IMG/VR virus record: IMGVR_UViG_3300036820_000005
Span: 32,001-96,000 of that record
Length of the DNA: 64,000 nucleotides
Origin: a virus
Direction: 5' to 3' (one strand)
The position numbers and the translations under genes are program-made. Shown piece by piece: positions 30,508 to 39,890 of this stretch; position 1 is the first letter of the stretch, and the number at the start of each line of letters is the position of its first letter. The notes below the pieces were generated by a model. The model ran no database searches. It was not told where the DNA came from and saw only the letters and a list, made by a program, of their open reading frames with translations.

Positions 30508-30831
30508 ATGTCATTCTCCTTCAGCGCAGGCGGGACCAAGGAGCAGACGCTCCACTCGCTCGGCGAGCTGCACCACGACCACGACTCCCACTCCAAGACC
30601 ACCGCTGACCTGGTGACCAGCATGGTCACGGCAGGCCCGTCCGAGAGCGACGGCGCCGACGGCCAGGTCTACGACGCCATCTACCAGGTGTCCGCCTACG
30701 GCCACTCGAGCGCGGGCCACGACACCCCCAGCCTCAGCGTCTCCGTCTCGTCCAGCCTCAGGCTCCGCGAGACCCCCGCAGAGGTCGAGGTCGACGTCGT
30801 GGTTGAGGAAGACGACCCGGCCGGTGAGTGA
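30508..30831 (+). CDS. Hypothetical protein
   Basis: MSFSFSAGGTK..; leaderless start. Confidence 0.65.
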   Translation: MSFSFSAGGTKEQTLHSLGELHHDHDSHSKTTADLVTSMVTAGPSESDGADGQVYDAIYQVSAYGHSSAGHDTPSLSVSVSSSLRLRETPAEVEVDVVVEEDDPAGE

Positions 30832-30898
30832 CCCCCGCGGCGGGATCGAGAGCCCCGCGGACCCGGCCGACGTCGGCCTCCAGGCAGGCAGCCGGAGC

Positions 30899-31123
30899 AT
30901 GCCCGCCCCCGCCGACATCGGCCCGCCCGCCCCCGCAGTGCTGAAGCACTTCGAGTTCGCCCACCTCCCCGGCGACCTCGCCGAGGTCAGCCGCATGTTC
31001 CACGCCCTCGCCCACGAGCTCGCAGGCCGGTTCCGCGGCGACGAGCTCGACGTCGCGCTGAACAAGCTCGTCGAGGCGAAGGACTGGGCGGTCCGCGCTG
31101 CCCTGGCGGCCCGGCACCGCTGA
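30899..31123 (+). CDS. Conserved helical-hairpin phage protein (possible Acb2/Tad1-like fold)
   Basis: LKHFEFAHLP..L..VS..F..LA..ELDVALNKLVEAKDWAVRA. Confidence 0.65.
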   Translation: MPAPADIGPPAPAVLKHFEFAHLPGDLAEVSRMFHALAHELAGRFRGDELDVALNKLVEAKDWAVRAALAARHR

Positions 31124-31127
31124 CACC

Positions 31128-31596
31128 GTGAGTCTCCCCAAGGTCCAGCTCCGGGTCGACGTCGACGGGCGGGAGTACAAGATCGCCGAGGCGACGTTCG
31201 TCCCGGTAGTCCGGCTGGCCCCAGACATGGCCAGAGGCGTAGCAGCGGCCCGCGTGGACGTGGTTACGCCTCTGGCCCAGCTGCTCCGCGACATGGCCGA
31301 CCAGCTGACCCGTGGCTGCTGACGAGCCCGGCCAGCCGCTGGTCCAGCTGGAATGGCATGTCATGTGGTGCGCGCGGCACCTGGAGCCGTACCGGCATCA
31401 ATGGCCCGCCGGTGCTGGCGTGGCAATGGTGGCACTGTTCAAGGCCGCCGCCGCGATGCCCGCTGTAGCCGACGCAGCCCACGGCGACGCCGGCCAGCTG
31501 CCCGCCGCCCTCGCCCGGTTCGCCCCTGTCTGCTGCTTCGTCGGCAAGCAGGTCCTCGACCAGATCTACGCCGCCACGCGGCCGCCCTCGCCCTGA
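31128..31596 (+). CDS. Two small hypothetical ORFs (31128-31322, 31312-31596)
   Basis: Tiling. Confidence 0.55.
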
Positions 31597-31626
31597 CCGC
31601 GAGCCTTCTGCCGGAGCCCGCCGGCG

Positions 31627-31648
31627 CTGCCACCGCCCGCCCGACGAT
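31627..31648 (+). promoter_or_regulatory. Late-promoter-like motif CTGCCAC-N9-GACGAT
   Basis: ATG 6 nt downstream. Confidence 0.6.
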
Positions 31649-31654
31649 CAGCTC

Positions 31655-32068
31655 ATGTTCACCCTGACCTGCGACGGCGTCTGCGGTACGACCGCGTACG
31701 CGGACTGCCAGTGCCCCGACGGGTACGACCCGCGGACGGCCGGGCACCTGCCCGGCTGCCAGATGGTAAACCTGGGCGCCCTGGTGGTCTGCCCGGCAGA
31801 CTCCGACTGCTGCCAGGAGGACCACGACCACGACGCGGCCGGCAACGCCTGCACCGCCGACCACCCGGCCGGGTCCTGCCCGGCCCCGGCGGCGTGCAAG
31901 CTCTGGGCGAACGTCCGGTCCCACCACGAGGACCCCGACGCCGCAGGGCTCCCGGTGTCCTGCCCCGGCGGGCACTGCGGCAAGGGCGTACCGGACTGCA
32001 CGGTCTGCAGGCCGATCACGGTAACCGTCCCGCCGGGTCACACCACGATCAAGAGGGCGGGGGCCTGA
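31655..32068 (+). CDS. Cys-rich protein (15 Cys)
   Basis: ORF track; leaderless start. Confidence 0.65.
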   Translation: MFTLTCDGVCGTTAYADCQCPDGYDPRTAGHLPGCQMVNLGALVVCPADSDCCQEDHDHDAAGNACTADHPAGSCPAPAACKLWANVRSHHEDPDAAGLPVSCPGGHCGKGVPDCTVCRPITVTVPPGHTTIKRAGA

Positions 32069-32069
32069 C

Positions 32070-32495
32070 ATGGGAGCCAAGGACAACGCGCTCATCAGCA
32101 ACATCCTGAACGCGACCCTGCCGACCGCCACAGGCGGCAAGCCGACCGCGTGGTCCGCGTACTCCACCACCAGCGCGATGCTGATGCGGCTCGACTCCAC
32201 CGTCGCGACCGCCTCCGCGGCGGGCACCCAGCTGACCGGCACCGGGTACACCACTGGCGGGACCGCGCTCGGCGCGTCGTCCGCGTCCAGCTCCGGCTCC
32301 AACGTGACCCTGCCCGCCTCGACCACCTCCTGGACGAACGGGTCCGGTTCCGCGTGGACGATCGACAGCCTCGACATCACCGACGCGACCCCGACCCGCA
32401 CCTGGTACGGCGCGTGGAACGGCGAGCCGATTTCGGTGGCGAATGGGAACACGTTCCAGGTCGCCGCGAACGCGGTGACAGCGTCCGACAGCTGA
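32070..32495 (+). CDS. Virion fibre-associated small protein
   Basis: S/T/G-rich; GTQLTGTGY..ISVANGNTFQVAA pattern typical of small tail-fibre-like proteins. Confidence 0.7.
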   Translation: MGAKDNALISNILNATLPTATGGKPTAWSAYSTTSAMLMRLDSTVATASAAGTQLTGTGYTTGGTALGASSASSSGSNVTLPASTTSWTNGSGSAWTIDSLDITDATPTRTWYGAWNGEPISVANGNTFQVAANAVTASDS

Positions 32496-32499
32496 CCTC

Positions 32500-35115
32500 A
32501 TGCTGCGGGCAGCCGTCCCGCGGCACACCGGCCAGGTAGCACGGCGCCGCCACTCCCCGCCTCCCCGGGCCCGGCAGATCATCGGGTACCGCCGCAACGG
32601 CATCCCGGTCCGCCGGATAGCCGGCGGATCCGGCCCCACAGTCGTCCAGCACGCTTCCGGCACCGCCCAGTACACCAGCGGCACCACGGGCACGGTCTCC
32701 GCGTCGTTCGGCAGCAGCATGACCGACGGCAACACCATCGTCGCCCTCGCCACGATGAACGGGCCGTGCCTCCCCGCCATCAGCTCGGTCACGACCGCCG
32801 GGGCGCCGGAGAACTGGGCGCAGGCCGCCATAGACGACTCCGGCCTGTGGTGCGCCTGGGTGAACAACCCCACCGCAGGCGGCGCCACGACCGTCGACGT
32901 GAACCTGACGTTCGACAGTGCGGCGACGACCACCGACGGCGGCTGCGTCCTCCTCGACATCTACGAAGTCAGCGGCCTGGCCTCCGGCGAGATCGTCGAC
33001 CAGACCGCCGACAACGAGTTCGGCACCGAAAACGAAGCCTGGACGAGCGGCGCCACCGACACGACCACCTCCCCGTCCGAGATCGCGTTCGGGGTCGTGT
33101 TCGCCCAGCCGACCAGCGACAACGAGACCGCCAGCCTGACCGGGCCATCGTCGCCGTGGACCAACGAGACGCTGCTGTCGTCCAGCTTCCAGGAGGGCGG
33201 CACTGGCGCCACCCACCAGGTCAACGTCTACCAGCTGACCGGTTACCAGGTCCTGGCGTCCGAGCAGGCAGTCACCTACTCCGGTACGGCATCGGTCAAT
33301 GTCGCCTGGGTGGTCGGCGTCATCACCCTGGTCGGGGCGAGCGGATCCGCCGACTCCGCGGCCCTGGCCGGCGCCGGAACCCTCGCCACAGGGGCTCGCC
33401 TGGAAGCCGACGCAACCCTGGCCGGCGCCGGGACAGTCGGCCCGGCTGACGTGCACGAGCAGGCGACAGCGGCCCTGACGGGGGCCGGGACGCTGACCCC
33501 GCCTGCCGCGACCCGGGCGACCGCCACGCTGACCGGCGCCGGGACGCTCACGGGCAGCGGGGTGTCGGGCCTCCCCGGAACCGCCGCCCTGACCGGCGCA
33601 GGGACGATCACCGGCAACGCCCAGCAGCGCGCCCCCGCCACCCTGACCGGCGCCGGAGCGCTGGCCGCGCCGCAGGAATACCAGGACGCTGCCGCCACGC
33701 TCGCCGGCGCCGGCACGGTCACCCCCGCCTCCGGTTCCCAGGCCGCCGCGACCCTGCCCGGCGCCGGCGCGCTGACCCCGCTGTCGCAGGCGCAGTCCGC
33801 CGCCACCCTGACCGGCGGTAGCACGCTCACCACAGCGGCCCGCCAGTCGGCCCCCGCGGCACTCACCGGCTCAGGCGCAGTCGCCACGGCCACCGCCCAG
33901 GAGCCCCCCGCCACACTCGCCGGCGCCGGGACGCTGGCCGGTGCAGCCGAGCTCAGCGCTCCCGCGCCCCTGGCCGGCGGCGGGACGCTCACCCCGGCCG
34001 CCAGCGGGCAAACCTCGAGTGTCCTGGCCGGGGCCGGAACGCTGGCCTCGCCCGCCGCCGGCCAGGCCGCCGCCGCGACCCTGACCGGCCAGGGCCACCT
34101 TGCAGTGCCCGCCGGTGCCGGCGCCGGAGCCACCCTGACCGGGGCCAGCCAGCTCACCGCGCTGCCATCCGCCGACGCCGCCGGGACGCTGGCCGGGGCC
34201 GGGACACTTACCGCCCCGGCCGCCGGCCAGGGTGCAGCCGCGACACTGGCCGGCGGCGGGACGCTGACCGCACCAGGCACCGCCGGGCAGGCAGCCGCGA
34301 CAGTGGCCGGCGGCGGGACGCTGACCGCCCCGCAAGCGGCCCAGCTGGCCGGGACGCAGCTCACCGGCCAGTCGGCGCTCACCGCCGAGGCCGCCGGGCA
34401 AGCAGGCGCCGCGCTGACCGGCTCGGGCGCTCTGGCCGCGCCCGGCACCGCAGACCAGGCCGGGGCCGCCCTCACCGGATCCGCCACGATCGGCACGCCC
34501 CTAGCCGGGGAAGACGCCGGGACGACCCTCGCCGGGGCGTCCGGACTGGCCGGGGCATCATCCGGAACCTCAGCCGGCCAGCTGGCCGGCGCGGGCACGC
34601 TGACCAGCCCCGCGCAGCAGCAAGCCGGAACCGGACTGCAGGGCCGCGGCGCCCTGACCGGCGCGGAGATCCTGGCCGGCGCCCCGGCGGCCCTCACCGG
34701 CGCAGGGATGCTCGGGGCTGACGCGGGCGCCCGGGCTGGCGCGCAGCTGGCCGGCCAGGGGCAGCTCACCCAGTACGGCACGATCGCCGCCGGCATGAGC
34801 CTGGCCGGCGCCGCCCAGCTCACCGCTGCGGTCACGGAGGCCGCCGCCGCCCAGCTCGCCGGGCTCGCCCAGATCCAGGGCGGCGGGATCGTCGCCTGGC
34901 TGGGAGCCGCCCAGCTCGCCGGCAGCAGCGCCCTGACCGGCGCCGGGACGCAGGGCGCCGGGGCGGTCCTCGCTGGTGCCGGGGCGCTGGCTGCCTCACC
35001 GTCGCCTACCGTGCCGCTGCCACCACTCGGCACGCTCCGGGCCGGGCCGCCCCGCGGCCAGTGGTCAGCTGACCAGCCCCGCGGCCAGTGGTCGGCCGGG
35101 CCGCCGCACGGATAG
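32500..35115 (+). CDS. Virion fibre protein with ~21-aa A/G/T repeats
   Basis: N-terminal beta domain, then many (A)xLxGxGxL repeats. Confidence 0.75.
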   Translation: MLRAAVPRHTGQVARRRHSPPPRARQIIGYRRNGIPVRRIAGGSGPTVVQHASGTAQYTSGTTGTVSASFGSSMTDGNTIVALATMNGPCLPAISSVTTAGAPENWAQAAIDDSGLWCAWVNNPTAGGATTVDVNLTFDSAATTTDGGCVLLDIYEVSGLASGEIVDQTADNEFGTENEAWTSGATDTTTSPSEIAFGVVFAQPTSDNETASLTGPSSPWTNETLLSSSFQEGGTGATHQVNVYQLTGYQVLASEQAVTYSGTASVNVAWVVGVITLVGASGSADSAALAGAGTLATGARLEADATLAGAGTVGPADVHEQATAALTGAGTLTPPAATRATATLTGAGTLTGSGVSGLPGTAALTGAGTITGNAQQRAPATLTGAGALAAPQEYQDAAATLAGAGTVTPASGSQAAATLPGAGALTPLSQAQSAATLTGGSTLTTAARQSAPAALTGSGAVATATAQEPPATLAGAGTLAGAAELSAPAPLAGGGTLTPAASGQTSSVLAGAGTLASPAAGQAAAATLTGQGHLAVPAGAGAGATLTGASQLTALPSADAAGTLAGAGTLTAPAAGQGAAATLAGGGTLTAPGTAGQAAATVAGGGTLTAPQAAQLAGTQLTGQSALTAEAAGQAGAALTGSGALAAPGTADQAGAALTGSATIGTPLAGEDAGTTLAGASGLAGASSGTSAGQLAGAGTLTSPAQQQAGTGLQGRGALTGAEILAGAPAALTGAGMLGADAGARAGAQLAGQGQLTQYGTIAAGMSLAGAAQLTAAVTEAAAAQLAGLAQIQGGGIVAWLGAAQLAGSSALTGAGTQGAGAVLAGAGALAASPSPTVPLPPLGTLRAGPPRGQWSADQPRGQWSAGPPHG

Positions 35116-35127
35116 GAGGGACCGCCG

Positions 35128-35835
35128 GTGCAGATACCAGCCACCAGCAGCGCGTGGGTGTTCATCCCGCTGTACGGGCCGCCGAACACTGACCTGACCC
35201 AGTACCCCGTCGTGATCGCGATCGTCGACGAGGACGCGGGCGAACCCGCCACGGGTGCCTACACGGCGGGCGTGTGGACGTGGAAAGACATCCGGGCGGG
35301 CCGGGCAACCGCCGCCCTCCTGGTGTCCTCGGGGACCTACCCGAACGGCGACTACATGGCCTACGCGAAGCTGACCGCGTCGGACGGCGAGGCGCCCGTC
35401 GTCCAGTCCGGCCGGATCCGCATCGGCGACGGGGTAAGCCCCGCAGGCACGCCCGGAGCGCCCTCGGCCACCTGGGTCACCTCCGTGAACGGGCAGGCCG
35501 GGACCGTCGTCCTGCCAGCCGGGGCAGCGCTCGCGTTCGGCGCCAGCATCCTGGTCGACGCAGCCGACGTCACAGACCTGGAGGTCACCCTGACCGGCGC
35601 GGCGACCCTGCAGAACCCGTCCGGCCTGACCGACTGGCAGATCATCCGGTTCCACGTCACCCAGGGCACGGGTGCGCCGTGGACGCTGGCGTACGGCTCC
35701 ATGTACGACTTCGGCGCCGACGGCCCGCCGCAGCTCAGCGTCACGCCCGGCGCCGTCGACATCGTGGCGTTCCAGTTCGACCCGACCCTGAACGCGCTGT
35801 GCTGCTCCGGGTGGAAACTCAGGTTCGGAGGCTGA
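35128..35835 (+). CDS. Virion structural protein (fibre/adaptor-like)
   Basis: SD AGGAGG; VTSVNGQAGTV motif; C-terminal domain shared with the 50504 ORF. Confidence 0.7.
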   Translation: MQIPATSSAWVFIPLYGPPNTDLTQYPVVIAIVDEDAGEPATGAYTAGVWTWKDIRAGRATAALLVSSGTYPNGDYMAYAKLTASDGEAPVVQSGRIRIGDGVSPAGTPGAPSATWVTSVNGQAGTVVLPAGAALAFGASILVDAADVTDLEVTLTGAATLQNPSGLTDWQIIRFHVTQGTGAPWTLAYGSMYDFGADGPPQLSVTPGAVDIVAFQFDPTLNALCCSGWKLRFGG

Positions 35836-35862
35836 ATGGACAGCCTCCAGCTGACTGCCCGG

Positions 35863-36231
35863 TCACCCGTCCTGCGGGTGCCTGCCCTCGGTGTCCAGGA
35901 ACGCCGACAGCGGCCCGTTGACGATCCCGCGGCCAGGTGCAGGCCATCCGCTGAAGGGCGGAAACAGGGACGTGACGGCAACCGCGGACCCGGCTGTGAA
36001 CGGCTGGGCGGGCGCGGAGCTCCAGCCGAACGCCGCATACGGCACGTCGACCTCGACCTGCTCGCCTGCCTCGATGCTGACCGGCTCGGCCAGCACGACC
36101 CGGCCGTAGCCGCCCCACGGCGGCGGCTCCCCAGGCGCGATGACGCGGATGCACACCGTCCCGTCGCAGCGGGTCACCTCAGCCTCAGCGGTGGTCTCGG
36201 GCTGCACGCCCATGACCTGGTAGCTCGTCAT
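35863..36231 (-). CDS. Reverse-strand hypothetical protein (moron-like)
   Basis: TACACT -10 hexamer 6 nt before the ATG; protein-like composition. Confidence 0.55.
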   Translation of the reverse strand: MTSYQVMGVQPETTAEAEVTRCDGTVCIRVIAPGEPPPWGGYGRVVLAEPVSIEAGEQVEVDVPYAAFGWSSAPAQPFTAGSAVAVTSLFPPFSGWPAPGRGIVNGPLSAFLDTEGRHPQDG

Positions 36232-36269
36232 GGCGACAGTGTAGGCCCGCAGCCGCGAAATGGCGGTGG

Positions 36270-39203
36270 GTGCCCGTGACCACCTACCGGCTGATGGACG
36301 GCGCCTCTGGCCGTCCCGGCGTGGGCTCGTCGGGCACCCAGCCGCCCTCAGCGGCCACGTCGTACAGCGGGGACTACCTCGCAGGGCTCGTCTTCAACGT
36401 CTCCCAGGGCGGCCTATGGTTCGAGGGGTACTGGTGGTGGGTGCCCGCGACCGGCGGCCAGACCGGGGCGCAGGAGTTCGCCCTGTGGCAGGTGGTGTCC
36501 GGCGGGGGCGGCGGGTCGGGGACGCTCGTGCCGGGCAGCGTGGTCACGTCCGGGACCCTGACCGCGGGGGTATGGAACTTTGTGGCGCTGGCCACTCCGC
36601 TGCTGCTGAGCGCGAATATCCCATACGTCGCGGCTACCGGGTTCGTGTGCACGACAGGTTTCCCGCTCACCCAGAACCAGTTCGGCGCCAGCGACCCCTA
36701 CGCATCGGGTATCACCAACGGGCCGCTGGTGGCCTACCCGTCGGGCAGCACGCTGACAGGCGTGGCCCAGATGCCGTTCTCCGTCGGCGCCTCCGACCCG
36801 ACGGTTGGCATGCCGAACGAAAATGACCAGGACGACAACCTGTGGATCGACGTCCAGGTCACCGACATCGCGCCGTCTGGGGCGACATACCGGGCGTGGC
36901 CGAACATGCCCGGCGTATGGCCCGAGGTAGTCACCTCCAGCGACACGACCGGCTACACGCTCGGCCTGGCGTTCTCCCTGACGGAACTCTGCCTGCTGAG
37001 CAAGATCTGGCACTACTCGCCGCCAGGCGTCGGCATCGCGGCACTGCCGACCCGCTGCCTGATCTGGGACGTCGCCAGCCAGGCTGCCGTGGCCAGCACT
37101 GACAACACGTCTCCGTCGTGGCTGGACCCGGACGGCTCTCCCGCGACGGCCGGCGATGGCTGGGTGTACTGCGACTACGCCAGCTCGAACGTAATCCTGA
37201 ACAACAGCCAGAATTACAAGGTCAGCACGTACCATGCGCCTGGATCCACATGGTTCGGCGCCACGCCCGGTGTGTACGGCACAGGCGACCTGCAGGCGGC
37301 CGGGTTCACCCAGGGTCCGATTAACGTGCCCGGCAACGCCGCGGCGCCGTCACCAGGCCAGCAGTCCTGGAACGCCGCGTCGTTCGGCTACCCGGCCACG
37401 TCGACAGACCCGGAAGCCGACTGGATCGATGTCGAGGTTATCCCGCTCGGTCTCTCGGTGCTCCAGGCAGCGACCGCCAGCGGGTTCAGCAATGAGGCCA
37501 CGTTCGGGAACCCGGTCACCGAGGGCAGCTACCTGCTCATCGCATCCAGCGCCTACGCATTCGGCAGCACGCCGCCGGATAACACCGACAGCCCGACCCT
37601 GGGCGGCACTCCCCCGGCTGGCGCTGCGCAGCTGCAGTACATCCAGAGCCCGACTGCCGGCGGCGACACCGTAGCCGAAGCCCTCTGGCTGCTGCCGGTC
37701 ACGGCCGCTATCGCCGGCGCCACTGCCATCGAGTGCCCTTGGAGCGGCGAAGACGGCTACGCCGGCGTTGTCGCCATCGAGACGTCAGGGTGGGCAGCCG
37801 CGCCCGCAGTCGACCAGTCCAGCACCGGCCAGGGGGCCAGCGACACCGTGACCTCCGGTGACACCGGCGCCACCCTGCAGCAGCCTGAGTTGATCTTTGG
37901 CATGTCAATCGGATTCGCGCAAGTGCAGGCGTTCCCGTCCGGCTACGTCAATTACAACGGCCAGGGCAGTGGTGCCGACCAGTATTTCGTCGCCGGCTGG
38001 ACGGCAGCGCTGACTTCCGGCGGCACGTACGCTTACGGCGGTACGGCGGAGTCGTCAGCGAACTGGGCAGCCGGGATCGTCACCCTTGCCGTCCAGGCCG
38101 GATCGTCCGGCGCCGCAACGCTGGCCGGCGCCGGTACGCTCGCGACGGCCGCCGGGCAGGGCGCGGGAGCATCCCCTCAGGGCGCGGGAACCGTCGCCAC
38201 GGCCGCAGCCGACCGCGCCGGGGCCGCCCTGGCCGGGGCGGGCACCCTCACGACGCCTGACTCGGCGCTCCAGGGCGTCGCGTCTCTGACAGGCGCCGGA
38301 TCGGTCGGTACCGCCGCCACGCTAGAAGCCGGGGCGGCACTCACCGGGAACGGGTCGGTCGCTGCCCCGGCTGGACAAGACACGGACGGGGCACTCGCCG
38401 GATCGGGGCAGCTCGCCGCGCCAGACTCGATCCTGGAACCGGGCGCCTCCCTGACCGGCGCAGGCTCGCTGGCGGATACCACGGAGCAGGGCGTCGGCGG
38501 CCCGCTGACCGGCTCAGGAACGCTCGGCCAGCCGGCCGCTGCCGGGCAGGCTGGGAGCACCCTCACTGGTTCGGCGACGCTTGCGGCGCCAGCCTCCGCG
38601 CAGGCTGCAGCCGCCACCCTGACCGGCGTCGGCACGCTCACCGGTCTGCCTGCCGGGCAAGGCGGCGCCGACCTGACCGGCGCCGGTCAGGTCGGCGCGC
38701 CCGGCTCGGCGCAAGACGCCCCAGCATCCCTGGCAGGATCCGCCACGCTCGCCACGGCCTCAGCAGAAGCGGCTGGGACCGCACTGGCCGGAGCCGGGAA
38801 CATGACCGCCCCGCCGGCCGTCCAGGAAGCCGGCGGCACGCTGACCGGTCAGGGCACGCTCACAGGCAGCGGCAGCCAGCCATCAGGCGCCTCGGCCGCC
38901 TTCGACGGTGCCGGGACGCTGACCGCTGGCCTCGCTGAACAAGCCCCCGCCGCGCTCACCGGCGCCGGTACCCTCACGGCACCGGTCGCACCGCCTGGTG
39001 CTGCCGGCCTGCAAGGCGCCGGGGCTCTCACCGCCCCGTCCGCCGGGCTGCCCGCCCTCAGCCTGGCCGGCGCCGGGACACTCGCCCAGGCAGCTACGCA
39101 ATCCGCGGCCGCCGTTCTGGCCGGCGCTGGCCAGCTTGCCGGGACACCAGCCGGACAGGGTCAGACCGGGACGTCCGGCCTGCTGATGGCCGGGTTCCCG
39201 TGA
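36270..39203 (+). CDS. Virion fibre protein with two DUF4082-like domains plus A/G/T repeats
   Basis: Twice Y.LGL.F...W....WIDV.V; C-terminal LAGAGTL repeats. Confidence 0.75.
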   Translation: MPVTTYRLMDGASGRPGVGSSGTQPPSAATSYSGDYLAGLVFNVSQGGLWFEGYWWWVPATGGQTGAQEFALWQVVSGGGGGSGTLVPGSVVTSGTLTAGVWNFVALATPLLLSANIPYVAATGFVCTTGFPLTQNQFGASDPYASGITNGPLVAYPSGSTLTGVAQMPFSVGASDPTVGMPNENDQDDNLWIDVQVTDIAPSGATYRAWPNMPGVWPEVVTSSDTTGYTLGLAFSLTELCLLSKIWHYSPPGVGIAALPTRCLIWDVASQAAVASTDNTSPSWLDPDGSPATAGDGWVYCDYASSNVILNNSQNYKVSTYHAPGSTWFGATPGVYGTGDLQAAGFTQGPINVPGNAAAPSPGQQSWNAASFGYPATSTDPEADWIDVEVIPLGLSVLQAATASGFSNEATFGNPVTEGSYLLIASSAYAFGSTPPDNTDSPTLGGTPPAGAAQLQYIQSPTAGGDTVAEALWLLPVTAAIAGATAIECPWSGEDGYAGVVAIETSGWAAAPAVDQSSTGQGASDTVTSGDTGATLQQPELIFGMSIGFAQVQAFPSGYVNYNGQGSGADQYFVAGWTAALTSGGTYAYGGTAESSANWAAGIVTLAVQAGSSGAATLAGAGTLATAAGQGAGASPQGAGTVATAAADRAGAALAGAGTLTTPDSALQGVASLTGAGSVGTAATLEAGAALTGNGSVAAPAGQDTDGALAGSGQLAAPDSILEPGASLTGAGSLADTTEQGVGGPLTGSGTLGQPAAAGQAGSTLTGSATLAAPASAQAAAATLTGVGTLTGLPAGQGGADLTGAGQVGAPGSAQDAPASLAGSATLATASAEAAGTALAGAGNMTAPPAVQEAGGTLTGQGTLTGSGSQPSGASAAFDGAGTLTAGLAEQAPAALTGAGTLTAPVAPPGAAGLQGAGALTAPSAGLPALSLAGAGTLAQAATQSAAAVLAGAGQLAGTPAGQGQTGTSGLLMAGFP

Positions 39204-39303
39204 CCACGCCGGACGTTTCTACGTTTCCGGTCCGCTGGTAGCCGGGCCGCGTTATCCTGCTCGCCCATACGCGCGCAAAAGCGGAAAAGGGGAGGGGCAG
39301 GAC

Positions 39304-39828
39304 ATGAGAATGACGATCATCGAGGGCAGCCCGGAAGAACTCGCCGAATACCAGGCCCGATCCGGCGGCGACATCGAGAAGCTCACCGCCGAAGCGTACG
39401 AGGAGGCGATGACGATCAGGTCGCACATCTTCCGCAAGGCCAGGACTCCCGTCACCGGCGGCCTGGTCGACAGCTACGTCACCCGGATGCGGATCCTCGG
39501 CGGGATCGTCCCAGTGCGCGGCACATCCCACCAGCACGAAGACGGCTACGGCCCGAACGTGCTCCTCTACGCCGAGGGGCCGCGCAGCCTGGGTGCTGCC
39601 GCGGACGCACACCCGGAGAAAGGCACGGTCGACTTCCGGCTATCACCGGATGACGTCGGGGACATCGACGACCCTGCGATGAAGGTCTACCCGAACCGGA
39701 AGCTGAGCCTGCTGCCTGTGTCCTGCCGCCTGGCTAGCCCGGAGGATGTAGAACTCGCGGTCAGCTTGACCCAGCGCGCCCTGGATAAGGTCCGCCGGGA
39801 ACGCGGCGAGCGGGCCGCCGCCCATTAG
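39304..39828 (+). CDS. Hypothetical protein (moron-like)
   Basis: SD GGGAGG; upstream TATCCT -10-like hexamer. Confidence 0.65.
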   Translation: MRMTIIEGSPEELAEYQARSGGDIEKLTAEAYEEAMTIRSHIFRKARTPVTGGLVDSYVTRMRILGGIVPVRGTSHQHEDGYGPNVLLYAEGPRSLGAAADAHPEKGTVDFRLSPDDVGDIDDPAMKVYPNRKLSLLPVSCRLASPEDVELAVSLTQRALDKVRRERGERAAAH

Positions 39829-39853
39829 CCTGCCCGCCTTGGCCTAGCTCCCG

Positions 39854-39875
39854 CTGCCACTGCCCGTCTCAGCAT
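39854..39875 (+). promoter_or_regulatory. Late-promoter-like motif CTGCCAC-N9-CAGCAT
   Basis: Immediately upstream of terL. Confidence 0.6.
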
Positions 39876-39890
39876 CGCGCCCATGACGGG

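Noticed and set aside
33276-35252. 658-aa minus-strand ORF (and similar long antisense ORFs at 9307-10926 and 40047-41417)
   Set aside because: These are antisense shadows of GC-rich + strand genes, with P/A/R-biased composition and no SD.
35836-36279. + strand 147-aa ORF between the fibre genes
   Set aside because: R/G-rich shadow composition; the overlapping minus-strand ORF has a -10 box and more protein-like content.
33350-39150. Diversity-generating retroelement or tandem DNA repeat array
   Set aside because: The repeats are degenerate codon-level protein repeats; no reverse transcriptase or adenine-specific TR/VR pair was seen.
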